In this document: positions 1 to 8,592 of the stretch, in pieces
Position numbering within the stretch: position 1 is the first letter of the stretch
Layout: every line of letters begins with the position of its first letter
Virus record (IMG/VR): IMGVR_UViG_3300035135_002526
Span: 1-35,577 of that record
DNA from: a virus
Taxonomy: Duplodnaviria > Caudoviricetes
Strand: one strand, 5' to 3'
Length of the DNA: 35,577 nucleotides
Translations under genes and position numbers: made by a program
The notes under the pieces: generated by a model
What the model was told of the DNA's origin: nothing
What the model saw: the letters and a program-made list of their open reading frames with translations, nothing else
Databases searched by the model: none

Positions 1-421
1 AATCTATTGCCGCCGCTTCCGATACTGCAACATTAGCAATAGCAAATCCATCTGCGTTTAAAGGTCCGCCTAAAGTAGGAGTTCCATCCTGTGAAAGTTG
101 TCTAAAGGCTGTCCTTAAAATTATTTTTCCTGCTTGATCATATGATATAGTAACACTATCTGTAAGTAACGGATCTATTTGGCTATCACTACCAAATTCA
201 ACAAAATCAAGTGCCGTTGCCGCATCATTTACTAATAATAAATTTCTAGGTAATAGTGAATTTGGAGTGTCTCCTAAGTTTGTAAAACTAATTTGTCCTC
301 CTGCACCAAATACAGCATATAGTTCATTAAAGTTTTCGTTTACTTTACGAAACGATTCTCTAATACTATCGCCGGTGCCGTCATTACCCTCTACACCAAT
401 ATCAATATCTTGTTTTGCCAT
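1..421 (-). CDS. Virion structural protein, baseplate/tail-associated (3' end lies outside the window)
   Basis: Read manually from ATG at 421: MAKQDIDIGVEGNDGTGDSIRESFRKVNENFNELY..., the N-terminal motif of T4 gp9/gp10-like baseplate and tail proteins. The frame is open to the window edge. Confidence 0.75.
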   Translation of the reverse strand, partial: MAKQDIDIGVEGNDGTGDSIRESFRKVNENFNELYAVFGAGGQISFTNLGDTPNSLLPRNLLLVNDAATALDFVEFGSDSQIDPLLTDSVTISYDQAGKIILRTAFRQLSQDGTPTLGGPLNADGFAIANVAVSEAAAID

Positions 422-435
422 CTAAATATGCTCCG

Positions 436-807
436 TTAAATTGCTGGATCTGCTAATCTATCCATATCAAAGTTTACACTTACTCCACAACCACATGACG
501 ATTGTGCGTTAGGATTACTAATTTCAAACATTGATTGCATTATGTCTTTTTTATAGTCTATTATTGTACCAAATAAAAACATTAAACTATGCTTACCAAT
601 AACAAATGTACGGTTTGTATCAGTTTTAAACACTTCGTCATCTTCTTGAAGTTCGTCTGGAGTAGCGTAGGTACCCCATTCATATTCAAAACCTGCACAA
701 CCACCGCCTTTTACGTTTAAAGTAACAGCATATACTTCATGTTCGTTACAAATATTGTCAATTTGTTGTTTTGCGGAGTCGGTTAGCGTACAAATGGTCA
801 TTTTCAT
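436..807 (-). CDS. iscA: A-type Fe-S carrier protein (IscA/SufA/HesB family)
   Basis: GGGCAGFEY motif and C-terminal NPNAQSSCGCGVS motif. Confidence 0.92.
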   Translation of the reverse strand: MKMTICTLTDSAKQQIDNICNEHEVYAVTLNVKGGGCAGFEYEWGTYATPDELQEDDEVFKTDTNRTFVIGKHSLMFLFGTIIDYKKDIMQSMFEISNPNAQSSCGCGVSVNFDMDRLADPAI

Positions 808-820
808 CCTTTCTTATAGT

Positions 821-827
821 TATTTAT
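821..827 (-). promoter_or_regulatory. T4-late-like promoter box ATAAATA
   Basis: Intergenic box upstream of iscA. The same motif recurs on the minus strand at 1354, 1952, 6339, 11335, 27305, 29368 and 32131, each upstream of a gene start. Confidence 0.6.
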
Positions 828-861
828 CGTATGATTTTATAATCTTAATGTAAATATAGTT

Positions 862-1149
862 ATGTATTTGAATGAATATAAAAAGCAAACACGGCACAGT
901 CGTAAAAGTAAAACCGGCAAGGAACACCCCTACAAGCGTGAATTAACTATTTGTGTATTTAGATGTGATAGTTGTAATATCGAATTCGAACGTCCGAGAG
1001 GAAGTATGAATCCAAAGCGGTTAAACAACAACTATTTTCATGTATGTAATAGTTGTGATGCAAAAGTTTTTGCACAGAAAAAAGGTGTTGAACGTAAGCA
1101 GGTTTGGAATATGAGTGCTAGTTCAGATCTACCTATTGGAAAACTTTAA
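862..1149 (+). CDS. Basic Zn-ribbon hypothetical protein
   Basis: Two CxxC pairs (CDSC, CNSC). TAAATA box lies 5 nt before the ATG. Confidence 0.7.
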   Translation: MYLNEYKKQTRHSRKSKTGKEHPYKRELTICVFRCDSCNIEFERPRGSMNPKRLNNNYFHVCNSCDAKVFAQKKGVERKQVWNMSASSDLPIGKL

Positions 1150-1313
1150 TCTTCTCTTTTCCAAATAGTCCACGCACCGTATGCAATAGCACCGTATGCA
1201 ACAATAGCCGCTATAGGTTTAAAAATTAAAAAAGCTATACCTGCCGCAATTAAAACTGCGCCGTCCCATGATGTGCGTTCGTTAAGTCTTTGATTAATCC
1301 ATTTTTTTATCAT
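1146..1313 (-). CDS. Small membrane protein, 55 aa (not in the ORF track)
   Basis: MIKKWINQRLNERTSWDGAVLIAAGIAFLIFKPIAAIVAYGAIAYGAWTIWKRED. AGGAG RBS, upstream TATAAATA, two hydrophobic segments. Confidence 0.75.
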   Translation of the reverse strand: MIKKWINQRLNERTSWDGAVLIAAGIAFLIFKPIAAIVAYGAIAYGAWTIWKRED

Positions 1314-1390
1314 AGTATCTCCTATTATTTCATTTCTATTAAAATAATATTATTATTTATATAAGTATATACTCCTTAAGGAGGAAAATT

Positions 1391-1657
1391 ATGTTTAAAT
1401 GGCTTAAAAACTTACTTGGTTTTACGGAAGTCGATAAGTTAGTTGAAGAACTTCAGCCGGCTCCTTCCACGCCAAAAGTTGAAAAAGTGGTAAAAGTTGA
1501 CGCAAGTACAGTCAAAGTTACTAAGGCGAGTTTGTCAAAATTAACTAAGCAAGGCTTAGAAGATTTAGCAAAAGCGAATTATGGCGTTGATATTGACAAA
1601 CGTAAAAAGAAAGCAGATCTAGTTAAAGAAGTTTTAGCTCTTTCTAAAAAGTCCTAA
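1391..1657 (+). CDS. Small basic protein with C-terminal helix-extension-helix (Rho-N/HeH-like) region
   Basis: Strong AAGGAGG RBS; LSKLTKQGLEDLAK...KKKADLV pattern. Confidence 0.65.
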   Translation: MFKWLKNLLGFTEVDKLVEELQPAPSTPKVEKVVKVDASTVKVTKASLSKLTKQGLEDLAKANYGVDIDKRKKKADLVKEVLALSKKS

Positions 1658-1934
1658 GATTTTTTAACTGTTCTATTGCAGTTTCACAGCGAGTTAGCTT
1701 ACGTTCAAGAACGTTTATAGCTGCTCGCTGTTTTCTTGACTGCTCTTCTAATGAGCGTACATATTCTACTGTGGGGATTTCTTGTTGAGATCCATCTTCT
1801 GCCATCATTACAAACTTATCGACACCTTGTGCTCTAAGTCCGCCAGTTACTCTGTTAGGATTTTTATCAGAGACAGATGTGTTCTTGTGCTTTTCTGGCT
1901 GCTTCTTGCCATACATTGTACTCAGGTAGCTCAT
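1644..1934 (-). CDS. Hypothetical coiled-coil protein (likely start MSYLSTMYG at 1934)
   Basis: ORF track; AAGGA RBS and TATAAATA (1952-1959) upstream of 1934. Confidence 0.65.
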   Translation of the reverse strand: MSYLSTMYGKKQPEKHKNTSVSDKNPNRVTGGLRAQGVDKFVMMAEDGSQQEIPTVEYVRSLEEQSRKQRAAINVLERKLTRCETAIEQLKNLRTF

Positions 1935-3000
1935 TATCTTTTCCTTTATAATATTTATATAATGCAATGCTTGCCAGATTTTTTGCCTTGGACTCTACCA
2001 TAATGTCTGCATAAGGTAGAAACTCTAATGCCCAGTCATTAACAGCATCATTCCACATAAAGTCTGAATGTGCTCTTAGTTTGGCTTTTTTGTATCCCTG
2101 CTCAAGCAACGTTTCGAAATTGGGTCGAACATCTCGTGGTAAGTGTCCGATATGCTCTTCCCTTGACACCGAATAGTGTATAACAGGGCGTACACCACGC
2201 CAGCTGTCAATAATGCGGGTAAAACGGTCATCAGTAGGTTCAATGTATTCTCCTCCACTATTACACCAGTGATGGTGTATATCTAGCACAAGTGCAACAT
2301 GATCGGCTAGTTCTAAGCTAGAGTCGATACCCCATTTGTTTTCGTCGTTTTCAATAGTAATACAGTTTCGTGCTTCTGTAGACAATCTTGGAAGGACGTT
2401 GATGATACCGGCTGGACCTTGTCTGCCTGAGATGTGGACGTTACACTTGAAGTCTTGCCAATTTTTACCGTAGCCCATCCACCTCGCAACATTGATATGG
2501 TATTCAAATTCATCTATGCTCCTTTCGACAATTTCGGGGTTGTCGCTTGCAAGTACAGTAAATTGGCCTGGGTGCATCGATAATCGGACATCGAGGGATC
2601 TTGCCGTTTCACCAACTTTTGCGAACTCTCTTTCACAGTAGCTAACCACGTCAGGTAAGCGCCAGAAATAACACCAAGTAGGCTCGGTATAAACAGGAAG
2701 CACATCGCTACCCAATCTGACCATTCTAAGTTCTGGTGGAAGACTTCCCACATACTCGATCAACCTTTTGTATGACGCAATGTTATGGACCATAATGTCC
2801 CACAAGCGTTCTTCTGCAACATCACGTGTCTGCCTATTAAGCCATTGTACTGTTGTGCTACGAGTATTTAGCGGTCTCTGCACTTCCTCTAGTAGTTTCT
2901 TTTTTTGTGTTTGATCTGGGTGCATGTACTTACATGCAAAACCAATACGTTTTTGTTGTGTTTTCAAAAAGTCACCTGCTGTAGTAAATTTTAAATCCAT
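1867..3000 (-). CDS. uvsE: UV-damage endonuclease (UvsE/UVDE family)
   Basis: RIGFAC, RLGSD, RLSMHPGQF, IEND, VLDIHHH, HYS, AHSD and DIMVESKAK motifs. Confidence 0.93.
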   Translation of the reverse strand: MDLKFTTAGDFLKTQQKRIGFACKYMHPDQTQKKKLLEEVQRPLNTRSTTVQWLNRQTRDVAEERLWDIMVHNIASYKRLIEYVGSLPPELRMVRLGSDVLPVYTEPTWCYFWRLPDVVSYCEREFAKVGETARSLDVRLSMHPGQFTVLASDNPEIVERSIDEFEYHINVARWMGYGKNWQDFKCNVHISGRQGPAGIINVLPRLSTEARNCITIENDENKWGIDSSLELADHVALVLDIHHHWCNSGGEYIEPTDDRFTRIIDSWRGVRPVIHYSVSREEHIGHLPRDVRPNFETLLEQGYKKAKLRAHSDFMWNDAVNDWALEFLPYADIMVESKAKNLASIALYKYYKGKDNELPEYNVWQEAARKAQEHICL

Positions 3001-3128
3001 TATCTATAGTTGCCGTTTCTGTCATAATACTTACTGTTATATAATGCATAATCAATACTTATTATATAACCATTTCCTTTAGAAGTCAAGTGTTTGTACC
3101 ACCAAATAAATTCTCTTATTCTATACAT
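3000..3128 (-). CDS. Small hypothetical protein, 42 aa (not in the ORF track)
   Basis: MYRIREFIWWYKHLTSKGNGYIISIDYALYNSKYYDRNGNYR fills the gap exactly, with TGATG and TAATG stop/start overlaps at both ends. Confidence 0.6.
   Translation of the reverse strand: MYRIREFIWWYKHLTSKGNGYIISIDYALYNSKYYDRNGNYR
3061..3089 (-). promoter_or_regulatory. Sigma70-type promoter for uvsE
   Basis: TTGACT-N17-TATAAT. Confidence 0.7.
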
Positions 3129-3826
3129 CATTTCCAATTTGCCTTTACCCAAGGATCGTCACAGTTGTGTGGATTAGGATCACCGTGAAAAACAGTTACA
3201 CAACAATGTTCGGGCGGCTCAACATCTTCTACGTTGACAAGTTTTCTATCTCCTCTATTGCCCCTTGCTAAAGTTTTGTCTTTTCGAATTTCCCATTTCC
3301 AACTTTGTATCCAACTATCAGGCCATAATTTTGCAGGATTGTTTTTTGTTACAACATACAAATAATCTTGATCTCCCCAATACGTTCTTTGTATCTTGTT
3401 TGCATCTCTTGCAAATTCTTCCCAAATAAAATACATTTGCTCTGGCCTAAATCTAATTATGGAACTATTATATTTTTGCCAGTCTGGTCTTTGAGATCTT
3501 GTAAAGTCCCTAATTACACACCAATTTTTTGTTTCATAAGTCCATAATTTATCTATGTTATCTGCAATGACAACGTCTAAATCCATATATAATATAGTTC
3601 CTTGTAAGCCTGCTTGTTTACTAAACATATAAGGCTTACACCACCAACCTCTTAAGTTGTTAGGAAGAGGAATAATTTGAATATCTTGATGTATATCTGT
3701 AGGGTCTTCAGTTAGACATGCAAACTTAAAAGGCACTGTGCAATGCCTTTTAACCATATTGTATAAAATGTTTACGTAATCAGCACTGTACTTTGTACCG
3801 TGCTTTAGGCAAAGTATAGTATTCAA
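3128..3826 (-). CDS. GT-A fold glycosyltransferase (GT8-like)
   Basis: CLKHGTKYSADYV, LYMDLDVVI (DxD), NSS, GDQDYL and VFHGDPNPH motifs. Confidence 0.8.
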   Translation of the reverse strand: MNTILCLKHGTKYSADYVNILYNMVKRHCTVPFKFACLTEDPTDIHQDIQIIPLPNNLRGWWCKPYMFSKQAGLQGTILYMDLDVVIADNIDKLWTYETKNWCVIRDFTRSQRPDWQKYNSSIIRFRPEQMYFIWEEFARDANKIQRTYWGDQDYLYVVTKNNPAKLWPDSWIQSWKWEIRKDKTLARGNRGDRKLVNVEDVEPPEHCCVTVFHGDPNPHNCDDPWVKANWK

Positions 3827-4276
3827 TCAAGCCTCGTAAATCGCTGAATTCGCTCCGTGTTCTGCACACTCTACTTTGACGCAATAACAACGATTATCTG
3901 TTGCTTCACGTATTAGGTTGTCTGCAAAGTTAAATGCATGTTCTGCAAACTTCTCTGCACCTACACCGTCAAATACTTTAATCTCTGCAAGACCTTTTTC
4001 TTCTAGTTCTAGTAAATCGTCTAGCATTGGATCTGCAGAATCTACAACTAATTTGTGATCAAAATTATCTTCAAGCCAAGCCTTCAAAGGTTTTAATCCT
4101 CCAAAGTCGACTGCCCAGTTTTTATTGTCTAGATGCTCACATCCAAATGTAAATGTAAATGCTAGACTGTAACCATGTAGCAGATGGCAGTGTGAATGAT
4201 CTGCATTAGGTTGACGGAACACTGCTGATAAACCAATGTTGTGTCCGTAATGTTTAGTACTAAGGTGTCTTGCCAT
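3827..4276 (-). CDS. queD: 6-carboxy-5,6,7,8-tetrahydropterin synthase (QueD/PTPS family)
   Basis: HCHLLHGY, VDFGGLK, FDHKL and GAEKFA motifs. Confidence 0.85.
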   Translation of the reverse strand: MARHLSTKHYGHNIGLSAVFRQPNADHSHCHLLHGYSLAFTFTFGCEHLDNKNWAVDFGGLKPLKAWLEDNFDHKLVVDSADPMLDDLLELEEKGLAEIKVFDGVGAEKFAEHAFNFADNLIREATDNRCYCVKVECAEHGANSAIYEA

Positions 4277-4344
4277 ATATTTCTCCTGTTAAATATGCGG
4301 CGGCAGAGTTAGAAGGGTTGACGCCAAGGCCTGTTATATTCATA

Positions 4345-4932
4345 CTATATATTATAGTTTATATTACTTATATTGTCAACCATTACATTAGGATATTTCC
4401 ATGCTTGTGGTAATTCCCAGTGAGGTTCTTGATAGATTGTGAATTGTATTTTAGGAAAGTGTTCAAACACTTTACCTATTTGATGTACCCAGTATCTAGG
4501 ATCTACAGGTCTTTTGTCTGCAGGATCATAGTTTTTAGTTCCTTTGTATACATTATTAACAGTTTTTGTTTGGCTATGTAAATCAAAGCCGATTAGATTA
4601 CAAGTTCCCTTACAGTATTTTGCACCTAACAACACAGCATATGGACCGCTACCCCATTGAAAAGGTTCATCCCATCTTTCAGTACCTTCATAAGGTAAAC
4701 TAGGAACTTTTAGCACATTATCATGACATACAAATTGCGGTGCCCAATCTGCTCTTGTATAAATTGCATTGCTATATTCTCTTGATATTGCTTCTTGCAC
4801 CATTCGCCTGTCAACACAGACAAGTCTACCTACTATAAAGTCTCTTATAATAGCATTACACCCGATTGTTTCAGATTTTAGTTTGTGTAAATCTATGCGT
4901 AAACGACTTTCACCATTACCAATCACAAACAT
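4345..4932 (-). CDS. Hypothetical protein with Maf/DUF115-like nucleotide-binding fold
   Basis: VIGNGESR, IGCNA, SGPYA and LIGFDL motifs. Confidence 0.6.
   Translation of the reverse strand: MFVIGNGESRLRIDLHKLKSETIGCNAIIRDFIVGRLVCVDRRMVQEAISREYSNAIYTRADWAPQFVCHDNVLKVPSLPYEGTERWDEPFQWGSGPYAVLLGAKYCKGTCNLIGFDLHSQTKTVNNVYKGTKNYDPADKRPVDPRYWVHQIGKVFEHFPKIQFTIYQEPHWELPQAWKYPNVMVDNISNINYNI
4351..4379 (-). promoter_or_regulatory. Consensus sigma70 promoter for queD
   Basis: Exact TTGACA-N17-TATAAT. Confidence 0.85.
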
Positions 4933-4933
4933 G

Positions 4934-5215
4934 TTACATATCTTTTCGTATATCTTTCAGATCGTCTTTGAGTTCTTTTACACTGTCGCCAATGCCAGAC
5001 ATATACTTACTAAAATTTGCTATTTGTTTAATAGCCCAATACCACCAAAGAACTCCTGTTACTATTGCAGTTGTAGTAATTAAAATTGCAACACACTGAA
5101 TCCACGTGTCTGTACCAATCCAGTACGCAGATACAAATAACGCAAGGCCGGTGAATGCCGCAATAGTCGCAGCGTTCAACCATCTTTGAATTTCTAACTT
5201 CGTTTTGTAATTCAT
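4934..5215 (-). CDS. Two-TM membrane protein with coiled-coil tail
   Basis: Two hydrophobic segments; GAGGGG RBS. Confidence 0.7.
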   Translation of the reverse strand: MNYKTKLEIQRWLNAATIAAFTGLALFVSAYWIGTDTWIQCVAILITTTAIVTGVLWWYWAIKQIANFSKYMSGIGDSVKELKDDLKDIRKDM

Positions 5216-5239
5216 TTAACCCCTCAGCAAGCAAAAAAA

Positions 5240-6322
5240 TTATGATACTATTTTACCAAATTTCTTCCATTCACCGGGGCTTCCACTTTTCATACAAATC
5301 CATCCTACATAAGCTGTAGGGTTTGCATGCCATACAATGTCACCTTTTTTATAATTACCTGTCCCGGGTACTGTGTCACTAACTTCGAATTTTTTACCTT
5401 CAAGTCTAACAGACCCAGCCACAGTTAAATCAACATCGCTTCCTGGATTTTTAACGCCAATACTAACACCTTCTGACACAACTAATTTTTTGTGTACAAC
5501 GATATTACCATTAGCTGATACAGTTAGTCTGTTTGTATCATCAGATATTATACTAAAGTCGGCACTTGTGTATGTGCCTAATTTGAAACCATATTCGTTT
5601 TCGTCAATTACAAATTCGTGATCAAAACTTCCCATACTGAAAGCACCATTTGGAGTATCAATACCAAAGCCTAATCTATCATTTGTACTATCGTAAAACA
5701 AATAATTGTTTACATTTATTTTGCCATTAACATTTAATTCTTTTAACGCACCTAATTCTTGTAGGTTACTTTTTGTAACTGACGTTCCTAGTGCTTCTCT
5801 TGAAAGAACGTTTTGACCGTTAATCATATAAATTTTATGTGCTCTGAGTTCTATACTTTCTGAGCTAAAAAATCTATCTGGACGTTCTTGCAATATAAAC
5901 TGTTTCGTTCCGTCCTTTGCCGGCCATAATAATCCTTTGCCAAATGCAGTGTTATTTTCTTTGCCTATAAAACTTAAAGGATCAGATCTTTCATTTCTTA
6001 CATCAGCAACCACTTCGTCTACGTGTATTTTCGATGCACGTATTTCTCCGTTAACATTTAAATTTCCGTTAACATCAACTGTACCTTCTATTTTAGACAG
6101 ATGAATAGCCTCAACATGTAATCCATCATCAGCAACACGAACAACTTCATTAGTTGCTTTGTCTCTGATACCTACACTTGAGAAGTGTGTGATTAACCCA
6201 CCGTGTATTACATTGCCGCTAAGAGCCCTTTCTCCTATTTCAGGAGTTGGTTTTGGCTGTTTTAGTTCATCTATTGCATCTGCTAGAGCATTAAGCCCTG
6301 TACGTATTTCTGTCATTGGCAT
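5240..6322 (-). CDS. Putative virion/tail-fibre-like beta-rich protein
   Basis: VNGNLNVNG-type repeats, C-terminal GDIVW...GWIC..G.PGEWKKFG motif, upstream ATAAATA box. Confidence 0.55.
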   Translation of the reverse strand: MPMTEIRTGLNALADAIDELKQPKPTPEIGERALSGNVIHGGLITHFSSVGIRDKATNEVVRVADDGLHVEAIHLSKIEGTVDVNGNLNVNGEIRASKIHVDEVVADVRNERSDPLSFIGKENNTAFGKGLLWPAKDGTKQFILQERPDRFFSSESIELRAHKIYMINGQNVLSREALGTSVTKSNLQELGALKELNVNGKINVNNYLFYDSTNDRLGFGIDTPNGAFSMGSFDHEFVIDENEYGFKLGTYTSADFSIISDDTNRLTVSANGNIVVHKKLVVSEGVSIGVKNPGSDVDLTVAGSVRLEGKKFEVSDTVPGTGNYKKGDIVWHANPTAYVGWICMKSGSPGEWKKFGKIVS

Positions 6323-6344
6323 TTCCTGTCTACGTATGTATTTA

Positions 6345-7634
6345 TCAGGATACCTTTAGAAGTATTGTATCTAGATTACACCTACCATTTAATTTAGTAT
6401 CTGTAGTAGCAATATCATCTAAGAATTTACGTAGTGCAACCTTACCAGCACCTTTAAATTCTTTTAATTGTACGTCAGGCTTTCGCAATGTTTTTTGTAC
6501 ACTTAGTTTTTCGTCAAATCCTAGTATAGTTGTACCTTTAACTTGCAAACCTGAATTTCCTCTTTGCATTCCTGTAGGATCTATATTACTTGCAACATAT
6601 TTGCCTAGTTTACGTGTCTTACAATTGAATACCCAAAGCTCATTTGCACCTACAATATCAACTGGATTGATTGATGCTAATTGGAATTTATCATTTACTT
6701 TTGCAAATTTTAACTTTTCAACAAGTTTTTCTGCACTCTTAGGTTTACTCTTTCTTGGTTTTCTGTTAGCCTTTGCTTGATCAATAATAAAATCTAGTGC
6801 AGTGTTTAATCCGTCCATTGCTGTACGTAATTTTTTGATATCGCCTTTTTTAACATGACTATATCCTTCCTTGAGTTGTTGCCAAAGATCGGCCTCTAGT
6901 TCATCCATCTTTTTCAATTGACCTGCTGTTGGAAATCTTTCGAGGTCATTAAAGTCGTCTAGTGTGTTCTCATACATTTGTTTCATCTTACGTGCATGAG
7001 CCTGCGTTGTACCAACCTTTTGAAAATGTTGTTTAAAGTCAAAACCCTTTGGATCGAATTTATCTACATTTTCTGTCCAATCTTCTAACCACTCGTCTAT
7101 GTCTTCACACATTTTATATGTCTGCTCTCTAATACGTTCTTGAATAGAAGGAACATAAACATTTGCTTTTTCTTTTTCCTCAGTTTTCTTTTCTTTTACA
7201 ATCTTAGAGCCCTTTTCAATACACTCTTCAATCCTATGCTTTAGAAAACTTGTTGCAGGTTGGATATTTCCTGCCGTGCCTGCAAGTGTTTGCCAATAAT
7301 CATCTTCTTTCTGATTAAAATCTGGCATGCCGTCAAGTAATTGTTTTGCAGTGATTGCGGCAGTTATGCTTAATACATAGCTAGGAGCGGCTTTTGCATT
7401 TTTTATTTGTTCTTTAGTATATCCATTTGCTGTCATCCATTTCCATGTGTGAGGGAAAAGATCTGCAGGTTTATAGTTGTAATAATAAAAATCTCTACTT
7501 TGTTGTTTATGCCTGTGGAAACTTTGTCCAGTCCATTCTTCCCAACCTTCCCAACTAGGTGCCTGTAATTTATCGCCACGTCTAGTCCGGGGTGCCGCTC
7601 TAGGTTTTTTCTTCTTAACTTTAGGCAATGCCAT
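6345..7634 (-). CDS. Conserved phage hypothetical protein (basic)
   Basis: 429-aa ORF with AGGAG RBS and its own promoter. Confidence 0.75.
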   Translation of the reverse strand: MALPKVKKKKPRAAPRTRRGDKLQAPSWEGWEEWTGQSFHRHKQQSRDFYYYNYKPADLFPHTWKWMTANGYTKEQIKNAKAAPSYVLSITAAITAKQLLDGMPDFNQKEDDYWQTLAGTAGNIQPATSFLKHRIEECIEKGSKIVKEKKTEEKEKANVYVPSIQERIREQTYKMCEDIDEWLEDWTENVDKFDPKGFDFKQHFQKVGTTQAHARKMKQMYENTLDDFNDLERFPTAGQLKKMDELEADLWQQLKEGYSHVKKGDIKKLRTAMDGLNTALDFIIDQAKANRKPRKSKPKSAEKLVEKLKFAKVNDKFQLASINPVDIVGANELWVFNCKTRKLGKYVASNIDPTGMQRGNSGLQVKGTTILGFDEKLSVQKTLRKPDVQLKEFKGAGKVALRKFLDDIATTDTKLNGRCNLDTILLKVS

Positions 7635-7660
7635 ATGAATCTCCTATACAGTTTTCAATA

Positions 7661-7689
7661 AGTATATATGCGAATTTATTAAAAGTCAA
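7661..7689 (-). promoter_or_regulatory. Sigma70-type promoter
   Basis: TTGACT-N17-TATACT. Confidence 0.7.
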
Positions 7690-8089
7690 GTATTTTAGAC
7701 TCATCTTCGGTCCAAAACACATTTTCGATGCCAAAACTAGCAATCAAACTAGCACACCCAGGACAAGGTTTTGCTAGGCCGTGTATCCATTTTTTTGAAT
7801 TTATATGAGGTCTTTTTACCCTTACAATGTATATTGAACACTTTGAAAGTTGTTGAGGAGTAATTAACCGTAAAGCATTTCTTATCGCCGCTACTTCGGC
7901 ATGCATATAAATCTGTCCATTACGATAACCATTATCTTCCGACATCATCGGATGCGATTTATAACTGTTCACACCCGATGATATAAGATGCTTCTTGTAA
8001 ACAATACCGGCGGCCATTCGAACACGGCCGTTTGCAACTCCGTCTGACTCGATAGCCAAACGGGTGAGCATCTTAGTTATACGTGACAT
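7679..8089 (-). CDS. Zn-dependent cytidine/dCMP deaminase-fold protein
   Basis: HAE...PCPGC signature. Confidence 0.85.
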   Translation of the reverse strand: MSRITKMLTRLAIESDGVANGRVRMAAGIVYKKHLISSGVNSYKSHPMMSEDNGYRNGQIYMHAEVAAIRNALRLITPQQLSKCSIYIVRVKRPHINSKKWIHGLAKPCPGCASLIASFGIENVFWTEDESKILDF

Positions 8090-8091
8090 TA

Positions 8092-8286
8092 TTAATTTTC
8101 TTTTTTAAGACATTTAATGAAAGTTAAATTAGCCGGTATTTTTTCATTCTGTACAAAAACAGTAGGAGGATTGCCTTCTTCAAACTTTTGCTGAGCCAAA
8201 CTACAATGTAGTTTACTACCCATTTTAGTTTCGATGGTCAAATCTGGCATCCCTGCGATTGATAAAACTATTACTAACCAGTACAT
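8092..8286 (-). CDS. Hypothetical protein with hydrophobic N-terminus
   Basis: ORF with GGAG RBS. Confidence 0.6.
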   Translation of the reverse strand: MYWLVIVLSIAGMPDLTIETKMGSKLHCSLAQQKFEEGNPPTVFVQNEKIPANLTFIKCLKKEN

Positions 8287-8313
8287 TGTTTTACTCCATG
8301 TTAAAGTTAACTC

Positions 8314-8571
8314 CTATTTTTCTTTGAGAGCATCAAGGATATTATTTTGCTCTTTTTTGAATTCATTGTATCTTCGCCTAATTAAATCAACAGTCATGTC
8401 GATAAAAAGTAGCACAGGAGCAATAATTAAACCTCCACTTACAATGATTTCTGCAATGACACCTAACGCAACATAAGCATATATTCTTATGGTGTAAGGT
8501 TCCATATCAGTAAAATTCCATTTTATAAAATACATCAGTCTTTTCATCAGCCTTCTTTCTCTAAATGCCAA
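8314..8571 (-). CDS. Hypothetical membrane protein (start uncertain)
   Basis: Hydrophobic core; co-oriented with neighbours. Confidence 0.55.
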   Translation of the reverse strand: MAFRERRLMKRLMYFIKWNFTDMEPYTIRIYAYVALGVIAEIIVSGGLIIAPVLLFIDMTVDLIRRRYNEFKKEQNNILDALKEK

Positions 8572-8592
8572 ATAGTTCTTGGGCTTTCGTGT

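Noticed and set aside
3001-3100. LexA/SOS box upstream of uvsE
   Set aside because: Neither CTGT-N8-ACAG nor GTTC-N7-GTTC is present.
3000-3128. WW-containing small ORF as a second Trp attenuator upstream of uvsE
   Set aside because: There is no terminator or antiterminator, and the ORF is coupled on both sides like an ordinary small gene.
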